Source: Microthyrium microscopicum
Taxonomy: Eukaryota
Direction: 5' to 3'
Assembly: GCA_010405405.1 (NCBI GenBank)
Contig: MU004232.1
Location: 2,251,481 to 2,315,480, forward strand
DNA length: 64,000 nucleotides
Shown here: positions 27,134 through 40,482 of the stretch, piece by piece
Layout: each line of letters begins with the position of its first letter
Numbering within the stretch: position 1 is the first letter of the stretch
Notes under the pieces: model-generated
The model's input: only the letters and a program-made list of their open reading frames with translations
What the model was told of the DNA's origin: nothing
Database searches by the model: none
Program-made: the position numbers and the translations under genes

Positions 27134-28540
27134 ATGGATCAGTACAATACCTACCTAGCAACGCAAGTGCTAAGCGAAGGACAAATAGTGAGACATATCG
27201 CTCTTTATGAAGACACCATGATCTAATTTCCACTCTAGGTGACCTATCGCTCGCTGTCCCGCGCCTTGAAAGTCCATGTCACACTGGCAAAGCAAATGCT
27301 ATATGCTTTTCATGCCAAAGAATCGGCGAAAGATCCCGAATCCATCAGCGCAACCTACCTGCTCAGCGGAGTACTCAGACCGCCAAGCACATCCGAGTCC
27401 ACTCCCCCACCACCCGCAACCGATGGAGAGGATACAATCATGGAGAGTAGTCCGGTGCCTAGCTCCTGGATAGACCAGCCGACTCCCTATGTAGAAGTGA
27501 CACAAGTCACAGACTCACCATTAATCGAGCGTGTAAACGAGGAAGAAACTTTCGCAGACAGTATATCCATCATACTCGCTCGACAAGAAGAACTCGAGGA
27601 AGTCAAGGACCAGTTCGAGGAGATCAACTGGATCCACGTCTACAGTCTCCAACCCGCCACGCCCGCCGACATACACATCCTCCACACTGCCAATGGCACA
27701 TTTAGCAAGAACAAGAACAGGAGTCTAGCCACCAACGACCCTATCTTCGGCACCATACAGAACCCCAACGTCCGCACTCGTACCGTCGTAAACGCCGTCC
27801 CCATATCCGCCGCCCCCATCAAAGGCAAACCCTCAACCAAATCCGCCGCCCAACAACCTACCGCATCACGAGCACCAATCGAAACCAAACCAGCACCGAA
27901 GCCCAAGCCAAAGTCCTCACTAGCCTCCGCCTTTGCCAAAACACCCGCTTCAAAACCAAAAACCACGCCCATAACCAAACAACCCGACACAAAAATGGCC
28001 AACGCACCCACGTTCTCCGACGACCAAGACGAAGAAGCCTCAGACGCAGACTCTCCCCCTCCCAACACCGAACTCACCAGCGCCGCCCGCACCGCCAAAG
28101 CCGCGCGCCAAGCCCAACTAGCCGCCCTAATAGATTCAGACTCTGACGCCGAAATGGCCAACACCGGCGCCGACAAGACCCCCTCCCCAGCCGCCGCAGA
28201 AGAAGAGGAAGAAGTAGACGCAATGGCAGTAGATACATCAGCCGCGCTAGACGCACCCATACCCAAAGAAGAGACCGAGCACGCAACCGTTACCAACGGC
28301 CGGCGCCGAGGCAAACGCCAAGTCGTCAAGAAGCGCACCTTTGAAGATGAAGATGGCTACCTAGTGACACGCGAGGAGATGGAATGGGAGTCCTTTTCGG
28401 AGGACGAGCCGGCGCCGGCGCCGACAAAGAAGGTTAAACTCTCAGCAGCGAGCACAGCAAGTTCGGGCCCGAATAAGAAGAAGAGTACAGGTGCACCTAG
28501 TAAGCAGGGCAGTATTATGTCGTTTTTTGGCAAGAAATAG
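27134..28540 (+). CDS. POL32: DNA polymerase delta subunit 3 (Pol32/Cdc27/p66); intron 27188-27238
   Basis: VTYRSLSRALKVHV..AKQML, DEDGYLVT..EWESFSE and the C-terminal PIP box QGSIMSFF. Confidence 0.95.
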
Positions 28541-29245
28541 AGGGTGATGGAGGGTGGGTGGGCATTGATGAGAGGAGTCGGTGGACATGGTGGTATCGGG
28601 GTAGTTTTTGTGTAATATATATCCTGTGGACTGAACGTCGTACCGCAGGAATAGCGTCGTTGATTTACGGGTAGTAGCATTTTGTGCATGGTATCACAGA
28701 CAGCATTTGTAGCATTGGAGCAACGAAGGAAATGAAAAATAAGATTCATACATAAACGAAGATGAAAAACCTCCTTTGAGCGCCGAGGGCAGACGTGCAA
28801 TTTGATGTCGGAGCCGACGGTCTCCTGCAAGATATGATATAAGCAACGCGTGTATCTCTATAAAAGAAAGATCCATGCATTTTCTTGAAGTCTGATCAAA
28901 GGGTCTGAGAGGAAATGTTATGAAAGTCCAAGATGTATTTGGCCACCAAACAAAAAGATATGAAAGCAAATTCTGCCAGTATGGTTCGTAGCATCATAAC
29001 GACTGAGAAGAGACGCTACAACGCCAGAAACACCAAACATAATGACCGAGCATGTCAACTGCGGCAGTGATCCATATCCATAAAGTCATAACCCCATAAA
29101 ATGCAAAGGTAAAAGTCATGAACGGTCATAGATCCAAAGAAAATGCTTCAAAACAAAACGCCAGGTTCTTTTTCAAAGTAAGCATCTATCCAATAGGAAA
29201 GTGGGTAGACCAATAGTGGAACTTCAGTCTTTTGAAGAAAATAGT

Positions 29246-31578
29246 TCAGCTGCGACAGTATGGTCGATTCATAGCTGCGATTTCTCGAGTAACAGTCGCC
29301 CATTCAAGCTCGCGGCGAGGAGGCTCGCCTCGGCGAACTCGGAGCTCTTCTTCCCATTTAAGAAGCTCATATGTAAAGCGTAGATGAGGCTGAATGATGA
29401 CATTGAGGCGTCGGGCCCGAACAAAGCAGCTGCAGATGATTAGATTTCTATTGCAGACCACACTGAGGATATCAAGTAGAGGGTCTTACTATGCTTGTGG
29501 AAAGGTCAATCCCATCTCCTTCATAACTAATGCAATGCAGATAGTTGCTGAGCGAGAAACACCGACACGACAATGCACAAGGGTAGCAATGCCATCTTCT
29601 TTGCCTTGATCTGGGGTTTGTTAGGACATCTATCAATATTGAAACAGAGAGAAGCTTGACTTACCAATAAAATCCAAGCAGCGTTCAAATTCACCCATAA
29701 GACTGTCTACTCCATTATCTTGTACATTTTCAACAACGACGAACTCGAAACCGTCGTGAGAGCCACCTTCGATCTTGGTCGGAGTAGTGGATCTATCCGC
29801 CCAACTGACTCTTTCGCCAACGCTTACAATTCGACCAATTCCAAGCTCCCTAAGCAGAGGAGCATTGTTTGCGTGCGCCAGATTACCGAGATACATGTAT
29901 GGTAGGACACGGCTTGGAAGAGAGCCATCGTGCTTAGCCAACCATTCTGGGTCGGCTGGTACACTGACCTTGGAGCCAGATGACTTGCGTGATGTCCAAA
30001 CAGGTGACTCTGCCAGAATCCGGGCCTGAATACTGGTAAGAAGTGCCGCATCGGTGGAATAGGCGAAAAAATTACGTTTGTACTCTCGGTGAAGCTTAAC
30101 CCAGGCATCCGCGACCGTAAGTCCATGAGCGTACATGAAATATGTCAGCCCAAGCAATGAAGACTCAGTATATCCATCAGGGCAGTGTATAAGAACCTTC
30201 CGCGCAATATCTGGAGCCTGCACAGCTGGGGCAGAAGTCATCTCTGTATCCCCATCCTTGTCAATGGATGTTTCCTCTGCGCCTGCGCTAGTCTGGTCAG
30301 AATGTTCCATTGGTTCACGATTGGTATCGTCATGAGTAACGTCCCAGATCCAACGACAAATATTCATAAGGCCGTCAACCTCAGCATGGCTCCATGTTGG
30401 TGGCAGTATACTCCCGGATCCTGGAACCTCAAAATGGACTGTGGGACGTTCTGGTTTGTCTAATGCAGCAGCCAATTCGTCCAAGGTTTTGTGATCTGGA
30501 ATTTGAGCCAAATCCGAGGCCTCGATAAATACATCAAACGCAGAGTCAACAGGACTGAAAGTAGGGTCAGGAGATGGTCCCAAGAAAACATTTGGCGCAA
30601 TTTCAGATGCGCCGGTCATTTGTGCCATTTCTAGTCGCTCTGAAGTGAAAAAGTCGTGCACTTTGCCGGTTACGACGCCGTTGGAATCAATTGCAACGAT
30701 GTCTGGATGGTTTACTTCGAACGACCGAAATGGTTCTACATTATCAAGTTAGCTATCAATAATTGAAAGTGTTTGGGCCGAGAGCAATTACCTTGAACAG
30801 CAAACGTATTGAATTCTCCGCTCTCCCAGCCTATAGAGTGAAGTTGTTCTTGCAGATTTGACTGTGCCCATGCAAAGCGCTGAGCCAAGGTGATCACCTC
30901 GTCCGTGTGTGTCGTTTCATCTCCGTAGACAATTATATCGGATACAGTGGCCATCTTGCAGGCTTGAATCTGAAAATTACGCACCGAAAATCCATCCCTC
31001 GGATCTGGATCGATGAATCGTGACTGCTGAATTGGTCCAGTCAGGCTATCGGTAGCCAGAATTTCCTCAGGAGCCACGGCACCCTTTAATCTTGCGAGTG
31101 ATAATTCCCCTCCGGCTTTGACCAAGGTTATACCTCGTAAAGACTGTGGTACACGTCTGAGTGCTCGACGTCTTGCAACGAAGAAGGCCAGTTGAATGGC
31201 ATTGTCGGCATGAAGGCCATGTAACCAAGGGAATACTTGCTTGGGGTCGGGAAGAGGTTGTGTAGCTTGATATTCCAAGGCATCGGCGACGGTACTAGGT
31301 TCAATGGAGTAGACAACAGGAGTCTCAAGTATTTTTGTGAAGTTCTCGACCGGGTAGAGTAGTGACAGCTGCGATCGTGAAGTAGGAATCTTAGTAGGCG
31401 GCGAGGTAGGTGGCGTATTGAGAGAGACGGCGGGTGTCGGGCCAGGAGAGCATACTGGAATGTGCTTGTTGGGTATGGGAGCAGGAGTTCCTCTTAGTGA
31501 GGTATTGAGAGTGAGATGAGGAGGAGGAGTTGTTGGTCGGCTAGGAAGTGTCGGCGCCTGCTCTACGATGGTAGCCAT
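29246..31578 (-). CDS. PPS1: Dual-specificity protein phosphatase Pps1-like; 4 exons
   Basis: VFPWLHGLH, FSVRNFQIQ, HCPDGYTESS, PSRVLPYMYLGN and the spliced catalytic VHCRVGVSRSAT. Confidence 0.92.
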
Positions 31579-33514
31579 GTGTGATGGCGGGGTACTGTAT
31601 GATGAGAAGACACTGTTCTAGGCCAGCAGCGTCATTCGAAGAAAGATGGACAGTGAAACCAGTCACTTGAGCCAAACAAACTGAAGAATTGGAAACCAAA
31701 TGAAGTAAATTTTAAACAGAAGCAGCGTGTTGTAAGTGTCAAGCCAGTGGAGGGAGGGGTGATAAGGCTGGTGGCACAGGAAGGATGTGGTATGACAGGG
31801 AAAGCAATCAGAGCCACCCGGTTGGGCGGGCGTGGAATGAGGACCAAATCGTTTGGCTAGAAGTATGTGTTTCGGGGAGATAGTCGAAACCGGAATGTTA
31901 AGTTGCAATGTAAATTGTGTATCCAGCAAGAAGACAGAACAGAGGTAATGGAGGATGAGGACAAGTGGGGACTATTGTATGCGTGAGGGAGGCTTTAGCA
32001 GAGAGGTTTGTAGACCGGGTGCTAATGACAGGGTCAATATCAGAGGCAAAGCATGAAACGGTACCCAACTAACACGATTATCAGTTCGTTGTATCAAAGT
32101 CGATCTCTCCAAGAAATTTGTGGAGTTGTTGTAGTCAAAGGCAATCCCATAGGCGCTGCCAATGGACTGATGGATTGGGATAGAAGATGTAATGTGCGCA
32201 GACAGAGGATACGGTACAACAGGCGAGATGATTCTACAGTCTTCACTTTTGACAGACGGACAAGATGTTTGGAGTTGGTGGTTGTTGGATTGATGGAGTC
32301 GACAGTCGACACTCGGATCATCATGGCTTGCGACTGCACTTGTTGTTTGACCCCGCTCTCAAGCCGCTAACTCTGACGATCTCTATATTGATTGGCTCAA
32401 GCCCTGCGTCTGGCTTTTCATCTAGCCTGTTAAGGACTAAAAAGAAGACTATACCCATGGCTTGCTGCCGTTCCCTGCCTGTCAATCTTTAGTCCCATAA
32501 AGTAGTGGATATTATGCACAAATTATATATAAAAATAATCTAAAATAGTTCCTATATTCTGAACTGTCACCTGGCCAACATCACCTTTTTTCCACAGTAG
32601 ATTCTCTTCGAATACCTCATAGGTACTAGTAGGTAACTAAGTGTTCTTGCCGGTGCTGAGAGCAGACTGTAGCGTCCCCGTTTAAATCAAAACTAAGTAC
32701 CACAGTACGTATCGGCGAGTTTAGATATCTGACATGGCTGTACACAATGTGTAGCAAGTATAACTGTGGTTTCTAACGTCTTTTCGAGAATCAAACCACC
32801 TTTCGTCGCCTGAGTACTTTTACAAAAAGACAACGCATGACATACCTACTTAGGCCCACTTGCTCTTCTAACTATTAGCATACCACTCTCTAACGATAGG
32901 GGTGGTTGGATAACCACTATGGCAGGACTGTTCTGGTAGTGCTCAGGCTGACATTTGGATGTTGAATCTGCTTTGTTTCTTACAGTTCCATCAACAGTTT
33001 CAAGTTGCGCTAAACTCTTTGCAGGCCGTATCAAAAATAACTCTGTTGATGGCGATCCCTGCTTTTGCTTTATGATGAGTTGCCCTTGGGTTGTAAGACA
33101 GGAGCGACCGAAGTAGAAGTTGATCAGTTAGGTACCGACTGTTGAACCGAACCACAACCATTCTCGAAGATTTTAGAAAGTATGACTACGGGTCCAGATG
33201 CGGAAAGCTAGATCTCTGAAAAGATCTTGCTCTGGATAGTGATGCGTCCTTCCAAGGTTACCAAGTCGAGCATGCATACATCAACATCAACATCCTCAAC
33301 CATGGTACACAGACTGAACAGGACCAGAGTTCAGCAGTTCATCTTCCCATCAACACAGCTCCTCTTGCCTATTAAAGAACACCCTCTTCCCCCAGAAGTG
33401 TCTCAAAACTTACTTTCCCAATAACTCAACTCAACTTGACTTGTCATATCACATCAAGCCATAAACCAACCAACACACTCCAAACACCAACCACAACCAA
33501 CCTGCCACATCACC

Positions 33515-34051
33515 ATGAAGCCAACAACCATCGCCCTCAGCCTCACCGCCATTCTCCCCCTCGCCAACGCCGGCGTAATCACCAAACGCGGCGGCCCAAT
33601 CTTCTGCACCATCGATCCCGGTGGCCTCAAAGACTACATCATGACCAACAAGGCCGACCGGGACTACCAATCCACCAAAGACTGCTGTGCGGCCGTCAGA
33701 CACACCGCCTTCTTCAACGAAGATTCTCACAAATGTCAGGGGCCATTCGGCGGCGTTGATAACGCAGTCAACTGGGGCGGAATGGTGAAATGCTGCACGA
33801 GCAGAGGAATGGGCAGTCATGGAGATAAGCTGATTGGTAAAGCGGATCCGCAACAGGAGGCGATGTGGGCGGAGGAGAAGGAGGGACATGATCGGGAGGA
33901 GCAGTGGGATAGGGAACAGCAGCATGGCAAGCACGACAAGCACGACAAGAATGGGGATGGGAAGAAGGGCAAGGGTAAGTTCTCTCCTCATTATCGTGTA
34001 GGCAGGGACTTGATGGATGAGGAAGTAGAGCAGGGGGGAAGAGTTATCTAG
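33515..34051 (+). CDS. Small secreted Cys-rich protein with a charged C-terminal tail
   Basis: Signal peptide, TKR site, six Cys (C-CC-C-CC), CACC-ATG context. Confidence 0.8.
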   Translation: MKPTTIALSLTAILPLANAGVITKRGGPIFCTIDPGGLKDYIMTNKADRDYQSTKDCCAAVRHTAFFNEDSHKCQGPFGGVDNAVNWGGMVKCCTSRGMGSHGDKLIGKADPQQEAMWAEEKEGHDREEQWDREQQHGKHDKHDKNGDGKKGKGKFSPHYRVGRDLMDEEVEQGGRVI

Positions 34052-34266
34052 CAGCTAGATTTGGCGGCGAGGAAGGAGGATGGTTGATCTTGCCATCGGA
34101 TCCAAAAGCAAGATTTTATGTTTAATGCTGTATACTTTAGGTTTAACTACCTACAATGTAAAAGTGTTGCTTAATCGTTCTGCTTCGAATGATGCTCTTA
34201 CATTTCACATTAGTTCCGACATTCCCGGTTCATTCTTGTTGATTTGACTTTAAACTTGAGAAATTA

Positions 34267-36896
34267 TTAAACATTCATTACATCATAGACCATCACCAAT
34301 CCAGAGTAGACTCCCAGAGAGGCCAAAATGATACTCCACGCAATAGGGATATGTCTTAAAGCCGCATTTCTCTTCGAAGGCTCAGCGCTCAGTGAACCCT
34401 GAGTTGTTGAAAACACACTCTTCTGAGTGGCGGGTGTATCATCGGTGTCGGTATTGCCTCCGCTATACTCAGCCACAAGACTGGTCGGAATGACCGATGG
34501 CTGAACTGTTAATTCATTGACCACCAACTGACCACCCGATCCCACCGAAACCGTACTGCCGTTCGGAAGCGTTATCTGCCCTTTCCCAGGCTTCAGATTT
34601 ACACCACTAACATCATAACTCCCGTCACCCTTGAGCGCGGCAAACCATTTCATATCATTTGTGCCGTCCATCATGATCCCCACTCGTCCAGAAGGCCTTT
34701 TTTGCAGAGGAACAATTTTACCATCGACAAGAAGATTACCTTTGGTATCTGCAGATACAACTGTGCCGTCCCGTACAGTGACAGACGATGATGAAGGGAC
34801 TACCACCTGACCACCAATATTGAAACTTCCATCTTTGAATCCAAGAACTGGTTTTTCTATGCCGTTCTTGGTGATCAACGCGCCAATTCGTGGTCCTGGA
34901 CTCCTAGAGGGAGGTTGGGAATTGCTATCAAACGGGGCCCCTGACCCGGCCTGTAGTGGTTGCGCTGTTGGTTTCGGAATCGACATTGATCCTGCATTTA
35001 CGCCTTGTGCTGGTACTGCCGCGGGTGGGAGTAGATCTGGTAATGCCAACGTGGATGGTGGGGGCTTCGACGGATCAACTGTACTTGGCCTACCATTTTT
35101 GGATCCGTCAGGAAGTTGTCCAGCTACAATTGCTGGTTTGTTGATACCGGGGCCTTTTAGGTCAGAAATGCCGTCAACTTGATGGCCGTTCATTGTGACA
35201 GGCGGATCCATAATACCTATTCAAAAGTTAGGTAGTCTCCTGTAACATCTGTATCTTGATTGCCTACCGCTAAGATGGAATGTGCACCCAGCCCATTCGG
35301 GAAACAGCTTTGTCAAGATATCAGGATAAGCGAGCTGAACAGAAGGATGATCCTTCACGATATATTGGCATTTGGTGTCGTATTGACCTCCTAAGCCGCA
35401 CCAATCGGATGAATATGCGCTCACTGGATATGGCCACTGAATGCCAGCAAAATTGAGCGGCAAGGTTGTTAAGAGGCCCCGATTCCAGCGCACACTTGAT
35501 ACATCCTGGGATTTCAGTGTAATCAAAAGGTCAGTGACACAGTACGGATCTTTCGAAAGCATGTCATGGCGAAGAGTGCTTTTGCCTGGCTCGAAGTCTT
35601 CTAGATCTCCTCGGTGGTTGCCCTTGATCAAGGCGCCGTTGGCGCAGATGTACTTGTAATTACTATCTGGCTTCGATTCCAAGCGATCAATATCGCCGAC
35701 GAGGCTCACATAATCTATGTGGAAGTATGCGTGGTCCAGGGCAACGGTCTCGAATCTTTCTGATTCTATGTCCAAGGCAGTGTTGGTGAGAGTGATCTTT
35801 GCTAAATTTGGATTTGCACCTTGACGCGGTTAGATATTCGAATACTATACTTAGTGTCTTTGAAATGTATGCCTACCATCTTGCTCTGTTCGCTTGGTTA
35901 TTCTCTGGGTGGGCACAGGATCACAGAGATCTCTTTGAGTTGGTACAGGCGAGTAAAAGAAAGTCGCTCGACCTCCTTCAATTGTGCAGGATGACTTTCT
36001 CAAAAACCGTTCCCACTCTTTATTTTCTTCGCACTTTGGATTGATCAGCAACTCATAAGCCTCCAAATCAGCTGGGTCTAGTGTCTTGCTGGCTTCGTAT
36101 TTGCTCTCGAATGACTGGAAGCTCTGGCGCAGAGTTGAGTACAGATAGTTACAATCATTGGCTCCCACTGCTGCACAAGGGAAGTATGGTGATAGACGGA
36201 CCGGCGTAGGTAGACTTGTAGGCCATGTTACTGTAGATTCATTCCAGAGGCGCTTGCTGACAAGATATGTATGCTTCCCGCCACAAGCAACAGAATATGT
36301 CGAATACTCAATGAACACATCACTGGCATGCTTCTTTTCGCTTGTTGATAGGCCCCAGTTTTTTAGGAGTGCGGCTTTCTGTTTGACTAGTCCTGAATGA
36401 CAGCAGGTAGCATATTGTGTTCCTACAACAGTAAGATTCAACAGAGACCTGATTCTAGTTTGTTCTTCAATAACCTGATCCAATTGTATCTGGAAAGCTA
36501 CAGTTACCAGATGTAACATTTGGAACTATAATTGACGAATTAAAGTCGAAACCGAGCGGCCAAAGTGGGAATTTCTTCCAGTCTACATCTCCGAGGTCTC
36601 CGGGGTTACCTGTGATGAGGTAACCTGTGGCATTGTACACCTCAGTACTTGATGGAGACGGGACAGGGGGAGGCGTAATGCTCGCAGGAATCTTCAAGAA
36701 AGTTGAAGTACTATTCCACTCGACAGTAGATGTAGCATTCCTACCTTCAAGCGCAGATCGCTCGAAATCTGTTTCTGCTCTCAACGTCAGCTCAACTCAT
36801 CCCTCGAAGTTCCTGCAAAGAATTAATCTCACCATTCCAAAGATTTCCCAGTACAGTGCTACCAGTCAGAAAGATCAAGTATAGTAGTAAGTACAT
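34267..36896 (-). CDS. Large secreted or cell-surface protein: Cys-containing N-terminus, DPP motif, Pro-rich linker, beta-hairpin repeats, C-terminal hydrophobic anchor; about 5 exons
   Basis: Signal MYLLLYLIFLTGSTVLG. Canonical introns join ORFs 36467-36784, 35851-36519, 35221-35775 and 34267-35211. Repeats of IGGQ/VSG..L.PG...T..DGT.VS. Confidence 0.75.
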
Positions 36897-37770
36897 TGCA
36901 ACTCTGAACTTTCCATAGTGGTGAAATCGACCTACCACGTAAGCAGTTTGTGGAACATTAGCAAAGGGATATGTTGATAAGCATATATGTAATGGGCGAT
37001 TCGAGCTTTATGACAAAAGTTTTCTGATCCTTCTATCACTTAATAAACTATATTGGATCTGCCGGATAACCACTTTGGGGCTAGTTCGTTCGGCTTCATG
37101 GTCCGCATAGAATCCTACGTAGTAGATATATTGCTTAGCCAGATCAAGGCAACAAGTCAATTTGTGAACCTGCTGTGATACGAACTCTTTAGGAATATTA
37201 TTGCTAACTCCCAGGGTTCCGAAGATCTTTCAATTGCAGGTTGCGCTACACCATGTTATTGAAACCACTTCCATGATACCCTCACCATGACTTAGCAAGC
37301 AACCGACCGACAAAATAAATTGCGCACACCCATCATCTTTTTTGGCTCTCATCCGCTATTCTATTGTACCCACTACTACATTTCCGACGAGTAAATAGAG
37401 CCACTTGGGGAATGTCGTGTATGATGGCAATTCGAGAGTATGCCCTTTATAAGTGCGTTGGTAGATCAAGGTAGATATCGCACTCGATACAGGTAGCGGC
37501 TAGACTCGACACTCATTTTCAATGATTTCTCAACACAAACCATGTTTAAACAGTAGAACAGTTCTTACAAGCCATTTAATGTTCTTACTCATCCGGGACG
37601 CTACTTTACCACGGCGGCATTATCGATAGAGCAAGTGAGATTCAGAAGCAGCAGCATCTTGGAGTCCAGATTTAGGTCGGTGTATTCAATATCCGGATTA
37701 TTGAGGCACAGTTTGTTGGTTGCATCATTCAAAAGAGCTGGCTGCTGACAACTTTAGAGTCGATTGCAAG

Positions 37771-38225
37771 TATGCCTGGGCATGGGTTGGGTCGGGTTGG
37801 GTACGGGTTTCGTAATTTCAAAACCCGACCCACGTGGGTCGGGTTTTCAAAATATATTACCAAACCCGTACCCAACCCAAGGTTTTTGGGTTAGCCCTAT
37901 GGGTTGCTTAGTAATTAGATTTAGCTCTGCTAAGAACCCATTGGGTCCAAGCTAAGGCCTAAAAGGGTTTAGCATTAGCTAAGAAAGGGGAAAAAGCTTT
38001 AAGCTAAACCCTTTTAGGCCTAAGCTTGGACCTAAGGTAGCCTAATCTTACCCAATGGGTCCCTCATTTGGGTCCTTTGGGTTCTTTGGATCTAACCCAA
38101 GGCTAGCCTAATTAGCTTGGGTTGGGTACGGGTTTTGTAAAATATTTTGAAAACCCGACCCAACGCCAAGAACCCGCATATTTTGGGTCGAACCCAATGG
38201 GTTACCCGACCCACGCCCTGGCATA
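37771..38225. mobile_element. Non-autonomous DNA transposon (MITE), hAT-like, 455 bp
   Basis: 8-bp TSD ATTGCAAG at 37763-37770 and 38226-38233; imperfect TIRs TATGCC(T/CA)GGGC(A/G)TGGGT(T/C)GGGT; subterminal GGGTY repeats; nested internal inverted repeats. Confidence 0.92.
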
Positions 38226-38884
38226 ATTGCAAGTTGGTAATCTATTTTTAGATTTAAAGCCACCGAACCACCAGTCAAACTCCAAACAAGCAAAAGTAAT
38301 GGCCTTGCATAACCTGCCACACTTTTCCTTGCCTTGAATCTCACAGCTCTAGAGTCTAGAGACGAGAAGAACAGCACATTTTGTCTCCTTGAGCGTTCAA
38401 TATAGCCGTCTTGCATTGTTTATATCCAAGTATTGAAAATCTACACTTGGCCAAGATTGGAAGGTCTCGGGAAAGGCATTCAAGACCAGTCCAGTTTTGT
38501 CTGAGCATAGTTGAATCATCCAATAGATTTCCCTTTTCTTTTGATCTCCAGACTTTTGTGGAAGCATTACTCAATCCCTGTAACGCCCTGACATGGCACT
38601 TGCCCCAGCCCTGCTGAAATGGATCAATCAAAGTTTGGATAGTCCCTTTGCCGCTCAGCCTCATTGGTTTGAGCCGCAAATCTCGCCCATCCCCTTTTGT
38701 GAAGGCTGGTCCCATGTATTGAGCGCCTCCACTCGTGTTTCTGCCACGACTTCTTCAAACATTCGCTTTCTATGTAATTTACGCGTTACTCGACCTCAAG
38801 ATACCGCACACCTGTCAACTCTAACACTCGTTATAGCGCTTTCACAACTTACGACGAATACAATATTCCAGGATTTGATACACG

Positions 38885-39976
38885 ATGCCCAACGCTATCA
38901 GGGGGCGCGTCCTGAGCGGCTTCATCCGATTACTCTCCCTCGCCCTTCTACTCGAAATATGCGCTGCCGACGCTGTTGTCGACTTCTCTCTATACCCTCA
39001 AAATGCTCAATCGTGTCTATACTCAGCTCAAACAGCTACGAAGTGCGATAGTTCCACAGTCCCTAAATTCAATGCCTGTGTATGCGGTAATGGGAACGGA
39101 TTTCTCGACAATGCCGCAAAATGCATTGGATCATCCGACTCTGGCGATTTGTCCTCTACCTACGCCGTGCTAAGCAGCAATTGCGCAACATCAAATACTC
39201 CAGTCTCGGTCTCTCTGGATTCTTGGTTGTCTAAAGCGTCTGCTAGCACGGCATCTGCTTCAGCGTCCACCAAAACGGTGCAGAGTGTCACAACTGTAAC
39301 GCAATCCGGATCAACGAAAGTTTCCACACAACTATCAACATTGGTTACATCCGTAGCTGCATCTCCTATAATATCAACACTTGTCCTTCAGTCTACAAAT
39401 AATGCTGGCGCAACCATCCCGGTTACCAGTGTACTTACATTTGCTCCGATCCAAACCGGGTCGGGAACATCAGGATCAACTTCCTCATCTTCCGCAGCCG
39501 CTACCAATGCTTCGCACGGACTGTCACAAGGGGCTGTTATCGGAATTGGAGTTGGCGTAGGAGTTCCAATTGCCGCCGCCCTCTTTGGCTTGGTTGGCGT
39601 GCTCATATGGCGAGGAAAGAAGAAGGACAAGAGAGCAACGATAGATGGATCAACTCTCGGATTCCCGCCTTCAAATGGCACGAGACCAGAATCCATGGCA
39701 ACCTTACAAGCCGATGGGATGTCACCATACATGGCTCACCAAGGCACTTCGCCTGCACAGGCGCACTACAAGCATTCAAGTGCACAATTCTCGCCACCAA
39801 TGCAGTACGCCCAGAACACGCAGTACAATCCTGCAGGCCAGAACATGCCTTATAACTACTCTCAAGTACCCATGTCAGAAGGGGCATATGGCATACCTCC
39901 GCCAGCTAACAATGCGGTTGAGGCTCCAGGGTCAGAAGTGCCTAGACCGCAAGAGCTACCTACACAACATTATTGA
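38885..39976 (+). CDS. Single-pass cell-surface protein: CFEM-like 6-Cys domain, Ser/Thr stalk, TM helix, Tyr/Pro-rich tail
   Basis: Signal peptide, C..C..CVC..C..C pattern, GLSQGAVIGIGVGVGVP TM segment, then RGKKKDK and EAPG...ELP. Confidence 0.85.
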   Translation: MPNAIRGRVLSGFIRLLSLALLLEICAADAVVDFSLYPQNAQSCLYSAQTATKCDSSTVPKFNACVCGNGNGFLDNAAKCIGSSDSGDLSSTYAVLSSNCATSNTPVSVSLDSWLSKASASTASASASTKTVQSVTTVTQSGSTKVSTQLSTLVTSVAASPIISTLVLQSTNNAGATIPVTSVLTFAPIQTGSGTSGSTSSSSAAATNASHGLSQGAVIGIGVGVGVPIAAALFGLVGVLIWRGKKKDKRATIDGSTLGFPPSNGTRPESMATLQADGMSPYMAHQGTSPAQAHYKHSSAQFSPPMQYAQNTQYNPAGQNMPYNYSQVPMSEGAYGIPPPANNAVEAPGSEVPRPQELPTQHY

Positions 39977-40482
39977 TGAATTTATGCATGGACAAATGGA
40001 ATACAAGCAGGTTTGGAAAAGATTTCGCATAGCGCAGTACTGTATATACCACTTTAATTATCAACCTAATATTTACTCCACCTCGCAGACGTACCAAACA
40101 CCTCAGATTTCACGATCTCGAAGTGGTGAGATTCAATAGTCGGCCTTCGGAATCAATCGCTCACCGAAAGATCCTCAAAGAATGGATTTTACTAGTTCGT
40201 GAAACAGTTGTCCAAAGATATCAAAGAGCGTTCTCGGTTGCATGCTCTTTTACTGGAGTCATCGATCTCATGGTGCAGCAATTATGCATTTCAACCGCTA
40301 CCGGCCCGCTCGTGGCAAGTTCGACCTGCATGTACCTCCCCACCAAAACTGGGAAGCTCCCACCAGAAAAGTGACTAGATCGATCTTGAGATTTATTCCA
40401 GAAAAGCTGCTGCCTACTAATTTGAACTTCTCATCAACTTGCACTGTGCTTTGGTGGTGAATCGACAGTTCTGACAACTACA

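Noticed and set aside
27640..28338. Long antisense ORFs (also 33449-33991 and 60327-61079)
   Set aside because: Shadows of codon-biased genes on the opposite strand.
37780..38215. GGGTT-rich tracts as interstitial telomere repeats
   Set aside because: They are not TTAGGG arrays and are explained by MITE subterminal repeats.
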